Positions 13,701-25,848 of a stretch of 64,000 bases of DNA are shown here, piece by piece (the first letter of the stretch is position 1; every line of letters starts with the position of its first letter). The notes below the pieces were generated by a model. It was not told the origin of the DNA. It saw only the letters and a program-made list of their open reading frames with translations, and searched no databases. The position numbers were made by a program, and so were the translations under genes. Source of the stretch: Yuukianura sp. NJ FZ-2021 (taxonomy: Eukaryota); NCBI GenBank assembly GCA_046563655.1, contig CM102286.1:1488001-1552000 (forward strand), written 5' to 3'.

Positions 13701-16700
13701 TATCGCATCATCATCTGTACAGAGTATGACGCACAAACAGTTTTTCCGCTCTGTAGATTCGCATTATGCTCACAAATCGAAAACACCCGCCAATTTTTTT
13801 TTGTACTTTTCAAATGACGCAAGTACTTGATCAGTTTTGGTTGAATTGCTAAACATACATCAATTTTTACGACTTTGTTTTTACAGAGTTGAGCTCTCCT
13901 AGGCGCCATTTCAAACTTTTTTTTTTGTAATAATTAAAAAAAAGTACTCGCTTTTCTTTTTACGTTCTGTTGTGTAGCAGGTAAAATTTAAAATTACTAA
14001 ATTAAGTGCTTTTAAAAATGATGCTGGATTAAATTTTGATGTTTTCAAAATTTTGAAAAACTTGGAGCGGAAAAGTTGAAGTTTTATGATTGTCTAGTAA
14101 CTGGGAAAGCTCCAACATTACGCTGAAGTACTCCCGAAATGACGTGAAGATTACGGTGCATGAAGGTTCATCAAAATTTGAATTTTGGTGGGATTCAGTT
14201 GTGTTTGACGTTAGCAGGATTTTAATTAAAATTTGGAAATGATCTGGAAGATTATATACTTTCTGCATGTTTAAACCACAGTAACTTTCGGATTGTTTTA
14301 CCTTGTTATAGTAGTTTTTGAGTTTACAGTACTCTTTAGTGTTTATTTTGATGCGGTAGTTGAACATAACCTAACAAAACGTACGTTAACCTTATCTAAT
14401 CCCAGTTTTACATGCTCTAAAAGTAAGCTTTTCACTCGATGGTTTTTGAGGGATTTATGCAGAAATTAATCGCGGAACAAATTGGATCATAATTTTCAAA
14501 AACTTTGAAAATTAACCGTCCGTTCATATTTTTATGAGCCGAATCAAAACTATAACTTTTGTTTAATCCGATGTCCATTCACTTTCTTGGCGCCAAAATT
14601 TTCAGGTTTTAAAATTTCCAATTTCAGCTCAACCGTTTCAAATTGGTTCTATTGTGTGGGTGGATAGAAAAAGCATTTTTGACAACAAATTTGAAAGTTT
14701 TTGAAAAAAGTTCTACGCAGGGTCGCTCAAAGGCTGAGACTTTTATGACTTCAACGGCTGCTGGTGACAAAAACTTTAAAAACAGAAAACTTTTTACTTT
14801 TCTTTAACTTATACACAAAGTCCCTAGTGTCCCATTTTCTTTAAACTCTATTTTCAAATCTCCCGCACTTTTTTTCCCTTCAACCCACACACTTCTTCCC
14901 AGTTTTACAAACAACAACTCATCCTCAATGGGGAAATCAAATCAAAAAACAAGAAACAAAAATCAAAAAGCTTTTCAAAAAGAAAAAGAAGAGAAAACTT
15001 TTCTTTTCAGTTTGAATTATCCGCCGTCTTTTTTTATTTGTGGTCTAAACCTTACGGAAAAGAGAAACGGAAGATTGAGTTTTGTTTTTCCCGCGGGATA
15101 AAATGAAATTTCCATTAAGACTTTTCAACATCATGGTGAAAGTCACATGATACGATGAATGACTCTGGAGGGGCTTGTGGACTCAATCTTTATGACATTT
15201 TGGATTTTTCGTTTTTTTGGTCACTTCTGGTCCAGTCGACTCAATCCAAAAAAAGTAAAGAAAATAAAGTTTTACTACTTTCAAAAAAAGTGTAACATAA
15301 CCATAGGCATTCACAAAATGTACAAGATGGTCCAAAATTTAGCTCTGAAAAATTTCATCTTCACAAATCATGACGCTTCTTTCCAATTCTATTTTCACTA
15401 ACTTTTTCTTTACTTTCACCCCCAACTTTTGAACCACGGTGTACATTGCACTCAAATGCTTATATACTGCTCCACAGTGTACATTGAAACCAAAATCCTA
15501 ATTCCAAAATAAATTTGGGAACAAAGTCAAACAATTCCATTTCCAGGAATTACTTTCTTTTTTTAGAAACCACAAAACCAACAAACAGGCGAGTGTGGTG
15601 GAGAAAGCACTTTTTACTATCGATGGGCAGCAGTCAGTGTGTACTGCCGAAATCACATAGATGGGCACTCGTACCAAAGTATTAGGCAGGATCAAATGAA
15701 AGTTGAAAATCCAAATGTAAAAAGTCGAAACTTTCTCAACCCGCCAAATCCTCTCCGTTCCAGAATCCTATTTCTTCTAATTCATTTTCAAAAAGTTTAA
15801 AGCCCCCAAAGCCCCTTCTCTGTCATGCTTTTAATAAGATGTTCCATTTCTAAAACTTTTCTGTAACTATAGAAACTAGTTAAGCCTTCCTCCATAAGAT
15901 CTGATTTGTTCGTCTTTTCTAACTTTTTGAACCAAAAGAAGCTTTCACTTTCGAAAACTTCAAGATCTTCACAGTTAATATAGCCACAAACCAAACCAAA
16001 TTCGTGAAAGTTAGTAAAAACTATAACCAAAATGGCATTTTTGTCAAAAAATGTGAAAAATATTTCGAAAAATGAATGAAATTGCGGGTGGGGGTGGAGA
16101 AAGTGATGCTGAGAGTATGAAAGAAGATGATCATCGGAGGATTGTGGGGGGGGGGGGTTCCAGTGAGGGGGGGGGGTGCAAGATGACCTGGAAAATTCAT
16201 ATTGACAAGAACTTGGAGAGGTTGTTGGATCCATAAATTGAAGAGGGTGAACACAAATATATTTTCCGTAAATCAAATAACCCGCGCTTCTCGCGCGCCC
16301 TCAAGTACTCTAACTCAAATGGAGTGAAAATTCTGAACTGGAAGGTGTCTCGCCTGGTTTTCGCTTTTCTCCGACCAGGGTTAGCCTAATCCTCAGAAGT
16401 AGCGGAAACCCCCGACTTTTACGAATTCAGATTTTTAGTCAACTTAACTTTTTTGTTTGTAAATTTTTTTAAATATTTCTCAGTTTTTCCAAAAAATGTT
16501 TTTTTTTGAATCCATAACGATGTGCCTAGAGGGCATTGTCGTACATTTGATGTCGCTTTTACCCGAAAATATTTGGGATTAGTGACTCCTCTGGAAGAGT
16601 TCGGTTATTTAAAGCGGTGAAAGTCAAAACGAGTTTTTTCTTCAATGTTTGTGATGAGCTTGCTTTTTTCTGCTTGTTCTTTAGCTTTTGGCTTTTCAAC

Positions 16701-19204
16701 GCCCAACCTTTTATTCTAAAAAACTGAAAAGAGAAGCAAAAAAGAAGTCTGTCAGTGACAGGTCTATTCTTCTTTGACTTTGCAATTCCAAGGGAAAATA
16801 GAAGAAAGAATAAATTGCCCAATGCTAAACAGAGGGCGAGACAAGGTCAGTTCCACCACTGCTTTCTCTCTCTTCATCACAACTTTCTCCTCCTTGCTTT
16901 TTTCTGCAATTTAATCAACAGCAAAATGATCAACATCAAAACGTTCACCAGAAAGTATTAGCGTGTAAAAGAACTTTGGCAGTCAACACTCCAACAAATA
17001 CTTTATTGTATTTTGTTGAGCATTTTGTAGTTGAACTTTTTGCATAATGCTTATGTACTATTTTTAAGTTCTGGTACTTGGCAGTCTGCCGCCGCCGTTG
17101 CTACCATCACACAGCTTTTCTCTTTTGTTCAAATTTTTTGTCTTCATCTTTTCGTATTTCTGTTCAATCAAAATGTCTGTTTGAAAGGAGGAGCCAAGAA
17201 TGAATTAACCTGCCAAAATCCAAAACCTTGCACATCACTCGTTGTATGGAATCAATAACTACGCGCCATGGGGTACGTTCTGACATGGTTTCCAACGTTC
17301 ATGACAGGAAAATTTTGACGAAAACGATCAAAAACACGCAAAAACGAACTTTTTTTCAGAGATTTTTATATCAAGAATATAAGCAGATTTCAAAAATTAA
17401 AAAAATCTTGTCAAAAGTTAAAAAATTTGTGACACCAAACTGTCACTTTTACCAAAACTGCCTTCAAAAACTTTAAAGTATGAAGACAAAAACTAATCAA
17501 GTTACAGGCAAGGACGTTGGACTTTCTCATGCCTGAATTTTTAATGTTTTATTTATATAAATTTTATATTAATATTTTTCTTTGATCTGGACAGACTTTC
17601 TCCCTGCTGTTTTTTCTTCCAGATTTCCTTCAATCTGTCAAGAATTGACATTCTGCTGCTTTCTCCACGCAAGTTCTGCCTAAAACCGAATCGGAATCGC
17701 ACAAGAACTTTTTTCTTTTTTTATGATCTTCAGTTCAGAGAAGTAGTAGACGTTCGTAACAAAATAAAAAAAACTCTTGACCATTCTGTTTTCATTCTGC
17801 TTTCACTCAAATTCTAAACAAGAAAGTTCGCCAACATTTGATTTTCCAGTTCCATTTGGCTTCTCAATCATTCACAGACGGTTTGAAAAGTTGAAAAAAC
17901 ATGTAAACTTGTCAAACTCCGAAAAAAAACAACTTTCCATCAGTTTTCCTCAAGATTGAATTTTATTGTGAAAGTCCTGCTGAGGACAAAATCGAAAAAT
18001 TGAGATCAGTCGGTCCAACGCTTCTACAAAACCAAATTTTTAAAATATTCAATTCAAACATATTACAAAAATTCAAGCAAATTCAAAATTCAGACTCTTT
18101 TTTTTTCTAAAAACTTTAAACTCCGAATACCATATCTTAAAGATCTTGTGGATAATAAACAAAATTATTTCTGTTCTTTTTCAGAAATTTCAACTGGCTG
18201 CTTAGCTATTCTATAAACTTTTCATTTAATGAAGTTAATTTTCAGTAAATTTTGAAAACTGTTTCGGAAAAGTTAAAATTTGTTGTGACAGAGGACAAAT
18301 AAGGAATGATTGATTGCTTTTTCTAAATTTTGGGTTACAATGAAGGAATAAGTGATGAAATTCATGGGTGAGTCTCAAGAGAACTTTCTCTTTCCAATTC
18401 ACTTTCACTCGTCTCCAATTCCCTCTCATGCGACATCCCTCAAAAGCTATAAGAGTTCAAAGGTTACGTCAAATATAAGGTTACAGTAGGCAAAAAAGTT
18501 AGGTTTTGTTAGGTTATGAACTCATGCTAACGTTTCTACTTTAGTATCTCTTGCATCATATTTCAAAAACGCTGTCGTTTCCTATTACATTCACAAAAAA
18601 ATAAGTAAAAAGCCATTACAACTTATTCCCCGAGAGACCCCTACTTTCTCTTTGGTCTTCATCTTTAATATTGGATTTTCCATAAAATATTTTCAGGCAC
18701 AGAATATTTTAACAAGATTCGGAAAAAACTTCAAATTCGTTTCACTTTTTCGGTTTTTGAGTTACTTTTGCTGCTCCGATCTTTCATTTCGTATTGTGTG
18801 TCATTGCATTTCGAAAATCGAATAAAACTAATGGCATCTCCCAAGATGAAATACAATTTTGAATTTTCGGATTCCAAATTTAAGAATTCCCGAGTTTTCA
18901 ATTTTGAATTCTCTCTAGGTTGCCGCCATTTTCATGAGCAAGGGCTAATGGATACTGCCTCCAGGGACAATTTTTAAAATTTTGGAAATGGAAATTCAAA
19001 TTCATTTCGAAAATTTTGGCACAAAGTTTGTAACATCATGTTTGAATTCGACGACATTTTAATCGGATTCTGCTGGAAGTTACGAATTGTTCAGTTCTGC
19101 ATAGTATTGGCAAAAAACGGTTAAAAATATTTCATTTTTGAAGATTCTATGGTACGAGAGCTGTGATTTTTGAATGTGCTGGATCATGTCAGACTGTTCT
19201 TTGC

Positions 19205-20271
19205 TTATTCTCCAGTATATCTTGGTGGTCTTTTCTCTCGGAAAGCAGTAAGTCCTTCGATACGATCCTTGGTTGGGATTACTTGGGAGTAACAGGCTTC
19301 TTCAATGGCAAGTCCACTAGCCAAATCCACTTCTATACCACGACTAATGGCAATTTTGGCCATCCGAACTCCAATCGGGCCATTGGGGGCAATTTCTTGA
19401 GCTAATTCGACAGCCTTGTGATAAGCAGCGTCTCCATTCTGGTTTTGCTCTACGACTTGATTAACCAATCCCAGCTCGGCTGCTTGACCTCCATCGATGA
19501 TACGGGCAGTGTAGATTAACTCTTTGGCTTTTGCTAATCCAACGACTCGTGACAATCGCTGCGTTCCACCGGCTCCTGCAATCATAAAAAATTCAGCAAA
19601 CGTTCAGGTAACGTTATCGTTTAAACATAAACTTTACCTGGAATAATCGCTAATCTCGTCTCAACCAGCCCCAGTTTAGCTGAAGAAGAAGCAACACGCA
19701 GATCACAGGCCAAAGCCATTTCTAAACCACCGCCCAGTGCTGCTCCATCTAAAGCAGCAATGACAGGCATAGGTAGCTGCTCCAACCGGGTGATCAATCC
19801 TCTTCCTTTAGCAACCGCCGGAGCAACTTCGGATACGGCCATTTTGGCACGTTCTTTCAAATCTGCCCCGGCGCAGAAGATTCCCGGAACGAGACTTCGG
19901 ATAATCACCACACGAACGTCCTTGTCAAACCAAATCTGGTCTAGGAAGTCTCCCATTCTTGACAACAGATTTCTACTCATAGCATTTTTGGCTTGAGGAC
20001 GATTCATTCCGATCACGGCAATTTTACCTTCTCCCTTCCCTTCTATGAAGTTTAAAGCAACTTCGGATTCTGGAGATGCAGCTTCCTTTGTGACAATTTG
20101 ATCTGGACCGGATGGAACAGCGTACGAACGTAGTTGAGTATTTAATGTCGGCGTTGAAGCAATCCTAACATGGCATTGCTGGAATGAGCTCCCATTTCTG
20201 GGTACTGAAATCCATTGAATGTTGGCCTTTGATAGCTGATGAAGCAAGCCACGGGCGTTTCTAAAATACAT
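19205..20271 (-). CDS. AUH: Methylglutaconyl-CoA hydratase, mitochondrial (crotonase family), 334 aa; exons 20271-19638 and 19575-19205
   Basis: [68 protein letters not shown]; 62-nt GT-AG intron restores the frame; basic presequence-like N-terminus. Confidence 0.95.
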
Positions 20272-20603
20272 CACGAAGGATCTCCAGAGACGTCAATTAA
20301 CAATCCAGTAAAATATCTGCATACAAATATTAAAAAATCATAGATTAATCGATTTGTCAACTGTTATAAACATCATAAAAGCAAAAGTGAATGAAAGCAA
20401 ATCAAGAAAACTTGCTTTTTGGTTATAAAGGGCGAGTTGACGGCACACCAGCAGTTGCCACCTCGTTCCTCCTCAACCGATGATAAACTTACGAATATAA
20501 ATTCGGACTAATTGAATCCCAAGAACTCACAGGATTTATGAATTTATGATTAAAACAAAAGACAAAGCGATCACCTGTGATTGTTTTGATGATCGACAAG
20601 TAA

Positions 20604-20613
20604 ATCAGCTGAT
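20604..20613. promoter_or_regulatory. ATCAGCTGAT E-box (Ohler motif 5-like) in the AUH/OST4 divergent promoter
   Basis: Exact match to AWCAGCTGWT between the divergent genes; same motif recurs at 22507-22516. Confidence 0.45.
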
Positions 20614-21096
20614 CAGAAAATGCCGACTGACGGATCTGAAACACCGCCTCTCTCCACGTTGCAAAAAAAAATTCTGCTCAAGTTGTCATTCGGGAATTGG
20701 AGAGAATTTTAGACAGCAAAACCTGATTAGATTCAATTGAAGCCTAAATCGGCAACTGTTAATTCCGCAACGTTTGTTCTACAATCTGCTGGGTAACGGT
20801 AAGAAAAATTAAGTTATCAAATCAATTAAAGTTGTGGCATTCTCACATTGTACCTTGTAGACCGGTTTGCCTTGAAGTCTGGTACGACATATGATAATCG
20901 TTTAATGTTGAACGAATTCTTTGTTTTTGATAGGCCGATAAGTTGGACACGGACGGATCCTTAACAATCTTGATCTCGAGTGCATTCCACCGTAAAGGTT
21001 CCCTAGGAAGGTGAATTCTTTAACATTGTCATCCGCATTTAAGGTCATTTACACCATAATTTTAATACTAATTGGTTTGTGTTTGCCTTTGAATAG

Positions 21097-21207
21097 ATGA
21101 TTACCGACGTTCAGTTGGCCGTATGCGCAAATCTGCTTGGAGCAGGGCTATTTCTTCTCATCGTTCTTTATCACTACATTGCAGCTAATCACTCCTCCAA
21201 ACAGTAA
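21097..21207 (+). CDS. OST4: Oligosaccharyltransferase subunit 4, 36-aa microprotein
   Basis: [36 protein letters not shown] is nearly colinear with metazoan OST4 ([28 protein letters not shown]...). The ATG directly follows a splice acceptor (gaatag|ATG). Confidence 0.95.
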   Translation: MITDVQLAVCANLLGAGLFLLIVLYHYIAANHSSKQ

Positions 21208-21360
21208 ATTGATCGATACAATGGGCCAATCAAGAGCCCATTCCATCCTACCCGGAATGAAAATTAAGAATAAGTATTTAGATCTGCGGTGAGCTCTTTA
21301 AAACATCTTTCAATTAATAAATCTTCAAACATGTTTGGCTAAATACTAACGTTCTTTTTT

Positions 21361-22006
21361 TTATTCATCACAAACTCCACTACTCCATCCATCTCTCCAT
21401 CGTTCGTCAACTAAGGAACAGTCAAATTCTTCTTTTCCAAGTTTCCGGTTGACTATATTGTGCATTTGACACAGCCATTGACTAAATGCAATTCGGGAAC
21501 TTGTTTCTGGTGGAGACAAGCGAATTCTGAGCAAAAAAGTTAGAAGCATTGCAATAAGTAATCGAAGACAGATTTTATAGTTTATGAGAGTGACTTACTC
21601 CTTCCGGAAGTCCTTTGCGCAGTGATCACATGGGTAGTACTTTGAAAAAAGTTTCATGAACACGGACATTTCTTTCTGCTGCTGGGCCGAGGGATGGTCT
21701 GGGTAGTATGCTGCCATGGTGTGTAGGAATGACCAAGTATGGCGTCCTAAATTGTCTTTGTCCAGTGGACAATCTTTTGGGGGTTCATAGACTTCCTGTT
21801 CCTGAAAATAAAAACGTTTCTGAATGATTCTGACTGCTGCGTCGGGGTAGACACTTCCATTTGTAATTTGGTAAGCTGACCTTTACATTATTTTCATCGA
21901 ACATTTTCGCCCTCTTGTTCTTGACCCATGATTTGAAGTCTGAGCACGCTCGACAGGGTTTGCCAGTACCATCATCCTGTTTCTCTGTTGCTTTGGTGGC
22001 AAACAT
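21361..22006 (-). CDS. GFER: FAD-linked sulfhydryl oxidase ALR/Erv1, 164 aa; exons 22006-21881, 21801-21599, 21526-21361
   Basis: N-terminal [12 protein letters not shown] shuttle motif; [24 protein letters not shown]; redox [26 protein letters not shown]...ERWRDGW. Splice phases consistent. Confidence 0.95.
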
Positions 22007-22506
22007 TTAAAATGCAGAGTCCGGTTTAGTGGCAGTGTTCAGTCCAGGACGTTGACTACCTGCAAAGTTACATACGACACAAAAACGAAATTACGTTAGC
22101 AATACTTCGGAAGCAAATGGTGACGAAATACAATTTGGTTGCCATTTGAGATTTGGCAATCTACGCCGTGCCCTTAAGACTTCATTGTGTGCAAAATGAG
22201 ACCAGAATGGACAAATGTACTAGTAGTAAACTGAGTAACTGTCTGTGCAAATGTACTTAAATTAAGGAAAACGATTAAAGTTACACGGCGGCGCACGCTA
22301 GAGCCTACCTTATGTATTTACAAAGATTTTTGCTTTTCTTGTTTTGTTTACATTAATTTGCATAAGCTAAATTCAAAATTTATTTCACAAATTTTTCCCG
22401 CGAATAGATTTTCTCAACAAGCCCCAGCACAGACGTCTAGAAAAAGACTCCCGCGAAATTCAAACTCAAAAACAGAAACAAGGAAAAACCAAAATCAAAG
22501 TTTTGG

Positions 22507-22516
22507 AACAGCTGAT
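22507..22516. promoter_or_regulatory. AACAGCTGAT E-box (Ohler motif 5-like) in the GFER/NDUFA3 divergent promoter
   Basis: Match to AWCAGCTGWT about 100 bp upstream of the NDUFA3 ATG. Confidence 0.45.
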
Positions 22517-22608
22517 TAATTTACCTTGAATTGAGTTTTCAAAAACGATCAAAAATTAAGTAAACCGTCAATTTTAAACGGCTTGGGTCACCTTAACCCA
22601 AATTTGTA

Positions 22609-23221
22609 ATGGCGGCGGCACGTTCTGCTAGAAGGGGAGCTTCACTTTACGAGAAAAGTAAGTTTAGACACTACAAGCAATCAAATAAATTCGATTTAAA
22701 GAGTATAGTTACGGTTAGATCATAATTTGTATAAGAACTAATCATGGTTAATGAATTTTATTGTTTCAAAACAGTATCATTTCAGTGGAAGCGCGGGTGG
22801 AATGAAATACCAGAAGTCATGGGAGGTTCCGTCCTCGGACTCATCGGTACTAAATTTATGATTGATTCATGTAGCATTAGTACCCTGTCTGTATCACCAA
22901 TTTAATTCGAGTGTAATTTCTTATGTTAAAGGGGCGGGCTTGGTTTTGTGCTCAACATACAAACTCATGACCGCGGAGAATCCAACCAGGCAGTTTAAGT
23001 ACGACTGGGCAAGTGAGTGGCAAGACAAGTTTTAAATTCAATGCACAATGCTATTTTCGAGTCCGAAGGCACCGCACCGTTTGTTTGTCTTATGTGTTGA
23101 ATTCTGTTCATTTGCAGTTATGAGACCAGATCACCCGGATATCAAATATCTAAAACGAAACGACGAGAGCCCTCCATTCACTAGCACGAAAACAACAGGC
23201 AGTAGTAATAAGTTTTGTTGA
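22609..23221 (+). CDS. NDUFA3: Complex I accessory subunit NDUFA3/B9 (arthropod CG9034 type), 101 aa; exons 22609-22657, 22775-22846, 22932-23012, 23118-23221
   Basis: Spliced product MAAARSARRGASLYEKISFQWKRGWNEIPEVMGGSVLGLIGAGLVLCSTYKLMTAENPTRQFKYDWAIMRPDHPDIK... shows the recalled KRxWNEIP-x-[IV]-x-GS / single TM / R-x-[FY]K-x-x-x-x-x-x-RPD pattern; all introns GT-AG, 306 nt in frame. Confidence 0.8.
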
Positions 23222-25848
23222 AAACGCAAAGCAGGGGAGAGGAATCGACGTCAACTTCAAACTGAGGAATTGAGCTAACCTAACACTTAACATCATTTAT
23301 CGATTTGTATCAGTTCGAAACTACTGCCAACTCGATGTCAATTGAGATAAACCGTCGTCGCTGAGTTTTAGTGAATTCATTGTTGTAGTAAAAGCATTTA
23401 CGCTATAAGAATAAATGAACACAGATGGAGATGGAACGACATGCTGTCTGTACAAAACTCATGTCAAGTTTACCTAATTTTTGTTTTATGGTTAGTTCAT
23501 TGCTTTTTGTGAGTTTAAAGTAACTTTTCGTTTTAATTAGTCTTTTTAGGTCAACATCCTCACAAATCGTAAACAGGCAACGTATACAGAGAAAGTTGAA
23601 TATGGAACGGTCGATTCGTCATAAAAATTGCCGAACTCTGCTGAATTTTGAAAAAAAAAAAACATAAAAGATTCAAATCCAGAGACGTTTTTCTGAAACG
23701 TGGCAGCCGCAAGTTGCGACCCGCACTAAAAAGTAACACAATCCGCACCCGGTGCCGCCCCCTGCCCATCGATATGCGAGCACTTCACCCACCGAGCGTC
23801 ATTGTGCAAACACTCACCGACGACGGAGTAGTACGTGTGAATTACATATGGTTGTGTTTAGTGTATATTTATTGTGAAGTTCGCGTAAAAATTATAAGGT
23901 CACCGGAAACGATTAAGTACCCTTCGTCACACGGTAAGTTTTAATTTTGCTTTTAATCCACAGTATGGATTCGACAGCGACAGCATTGCAGACGTCCAAG
24001 CGAAGATAGGATAAGGTGCTACTGCCTTGCCCTATTTTTGTCTAGTTAAGGGCCGGGGCCCTTAATTAGTCAAATTCAGGGTGGTTAGGCTAGTTTTATG
24101 TTAGGGAGTGTAGTTTTTAATGTTTCGCGTTTTTCATTCCGGTATTTTCTAATGGTAAGGATAGGTAAGTTTTATTTTTCTGTTCATTTCCGGCCATTGG
24201 CCTGATTTCTGTTGGTGTCATGGCGGCGGTAGCCCTTGGTAAGTTGGCTATCGTCGCAATGGACGAAGTGGCTTGGGCGAAGGTGATGGCGAGCGATTCT
24301 AATTTCCACCCCAAACGCACAGAAATGTTGGGTGGTGTAGTTGAAAATTGGTCCCTGTTTGACCCCTGGCTGGTCCCTCCTTGTCCTTCTGTATTTGCAT
24401 GTCGGATCTGTCTGCTACTGTGTTCGGCGTCGGGTGACATTCTAGCATAGCAAACTCGAGCTGTGATTGGTGCATTGTGTTCGAAGTGGCTACACCATAC
24501 TACTAAATGTAGGAATTCAGTGGGGGAAGAGGGTAACGTGGTAATACCATATGTGAAATCCCCGGTTTAAATAAGGGGTGCGAGTGTGGTTCGCCTTCTT
24601 TTCGAAAGAAAGACGGGGTTGAGAGAAGTCGGAATTGCATTGGTTGCAACCGCCAATTGGATCATCTTAGTTGTCGCTGTTTTTGTACCCAATCTACCCA
24701 TACAACGAGCAGGGTTGTTTGGTTTTTATTGAAACAAAAAAAATTCTGGTTTTTGGTTTAAACGATGGGTTCTTCTAAATCAAAATTTGGTAAAAATTCC
24801 AAATAAGCACAAAGACGTCGTGCAGTTGATCCCAAATTCTGTTGTTATTCGATTTTTATCCGTTGGTTGCTTGCAAAGCAAGCAATCTAAACATTAAAAT
24901 ATTAGTACGAAGTGAAAACAGAGAAAAACTATGCACTTTGGTAATTTTTTTTCCAAATCATCTAAGATTTTTAATTTGTTTTCGTTTTTACAGTGTAATT
25001 TTATTTGGAATTTAAACCGGTTTATATTTTGAAAAAGCGACATGGTTTAAATCAAGGTTTAAATTAATTGGTTTAAACGAACTCACCCAGACAATAAGTG
25101 GTTACAATGGAACGAATTCTGGTGTACTTCAACCCAATGGGAAGTGGTAGTTGATGTTGGGGTGGCGCGCTCATTGGGGGTGTGACTGTAGGTAGATATA
25201 GGGATTTCCCTCCTAAAACACGTCTGAGAAGGAATGGCGCGAAAAAAGTTTGCAGATGCGCATTGAGTCAAAAATTGAAAAATTTTTATAAAATGTGGTT
25301 GAACGAAGGCAACCTCATGATGATTGCGGTCACAAGGCTAAAGTAAAGCTGTGTTTAATTTTTTTTGCTTATAATGTGGAAAAGCAAAGAGAACAATTGG
25401 TTGCATGGACCTCACGTCATTCCTAAATTTATGTCTTCTGTTTTCTTTGAATTTTCAGATTTACCAGCTGAGAGCTGAGCTGGATAGCGTTCCTCTTGGA
25501 TGTTGATCAATTCGGTAACTGACTTGAAGAGAACTGGAAGGATCTGTCAAGTGACAACAATTGAGATTTAGGCGGCTCGGGCTGGCTGTTTGCCTTGTAC
25601 GGTGTGTTACTAATTCGTTTTGTGCTTGAGGAAATGCTCAGTCAATTAAGGTAATTTTAAGAGTTTTTGTTTACTCTTACTGTATATTTATTTAAAAAGG
25701 CAGTACAGCAAAATCCTTACAATTTGATTATGTTTCTTAGGTCAAATCATTGTTGACAAGTCTATAGTGTACAAAGTCTATAACTATCAAAGCCGAGGAA
25801 GAGCGACCAGCCAACTTCGCACGGAATTCTTGATTCAATTTTGTCAAA

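Noticed and set aside
15797..16276. 159-aa minus-strand ORF with poly-Pro and His
   Set aside because: The Pro runs are translations of G homopolymers and the rest is F/K-rich AT noise.
24042..24450. Small palindrome (ctagttaagggcc..ggcccttaattag) and GC-richer ORFs 24117-24440 and 24220-24450
   Set aside because: No family similarity or consistent splice sites; probably 5' intron/UTR sequence of the downstream orphan gene.
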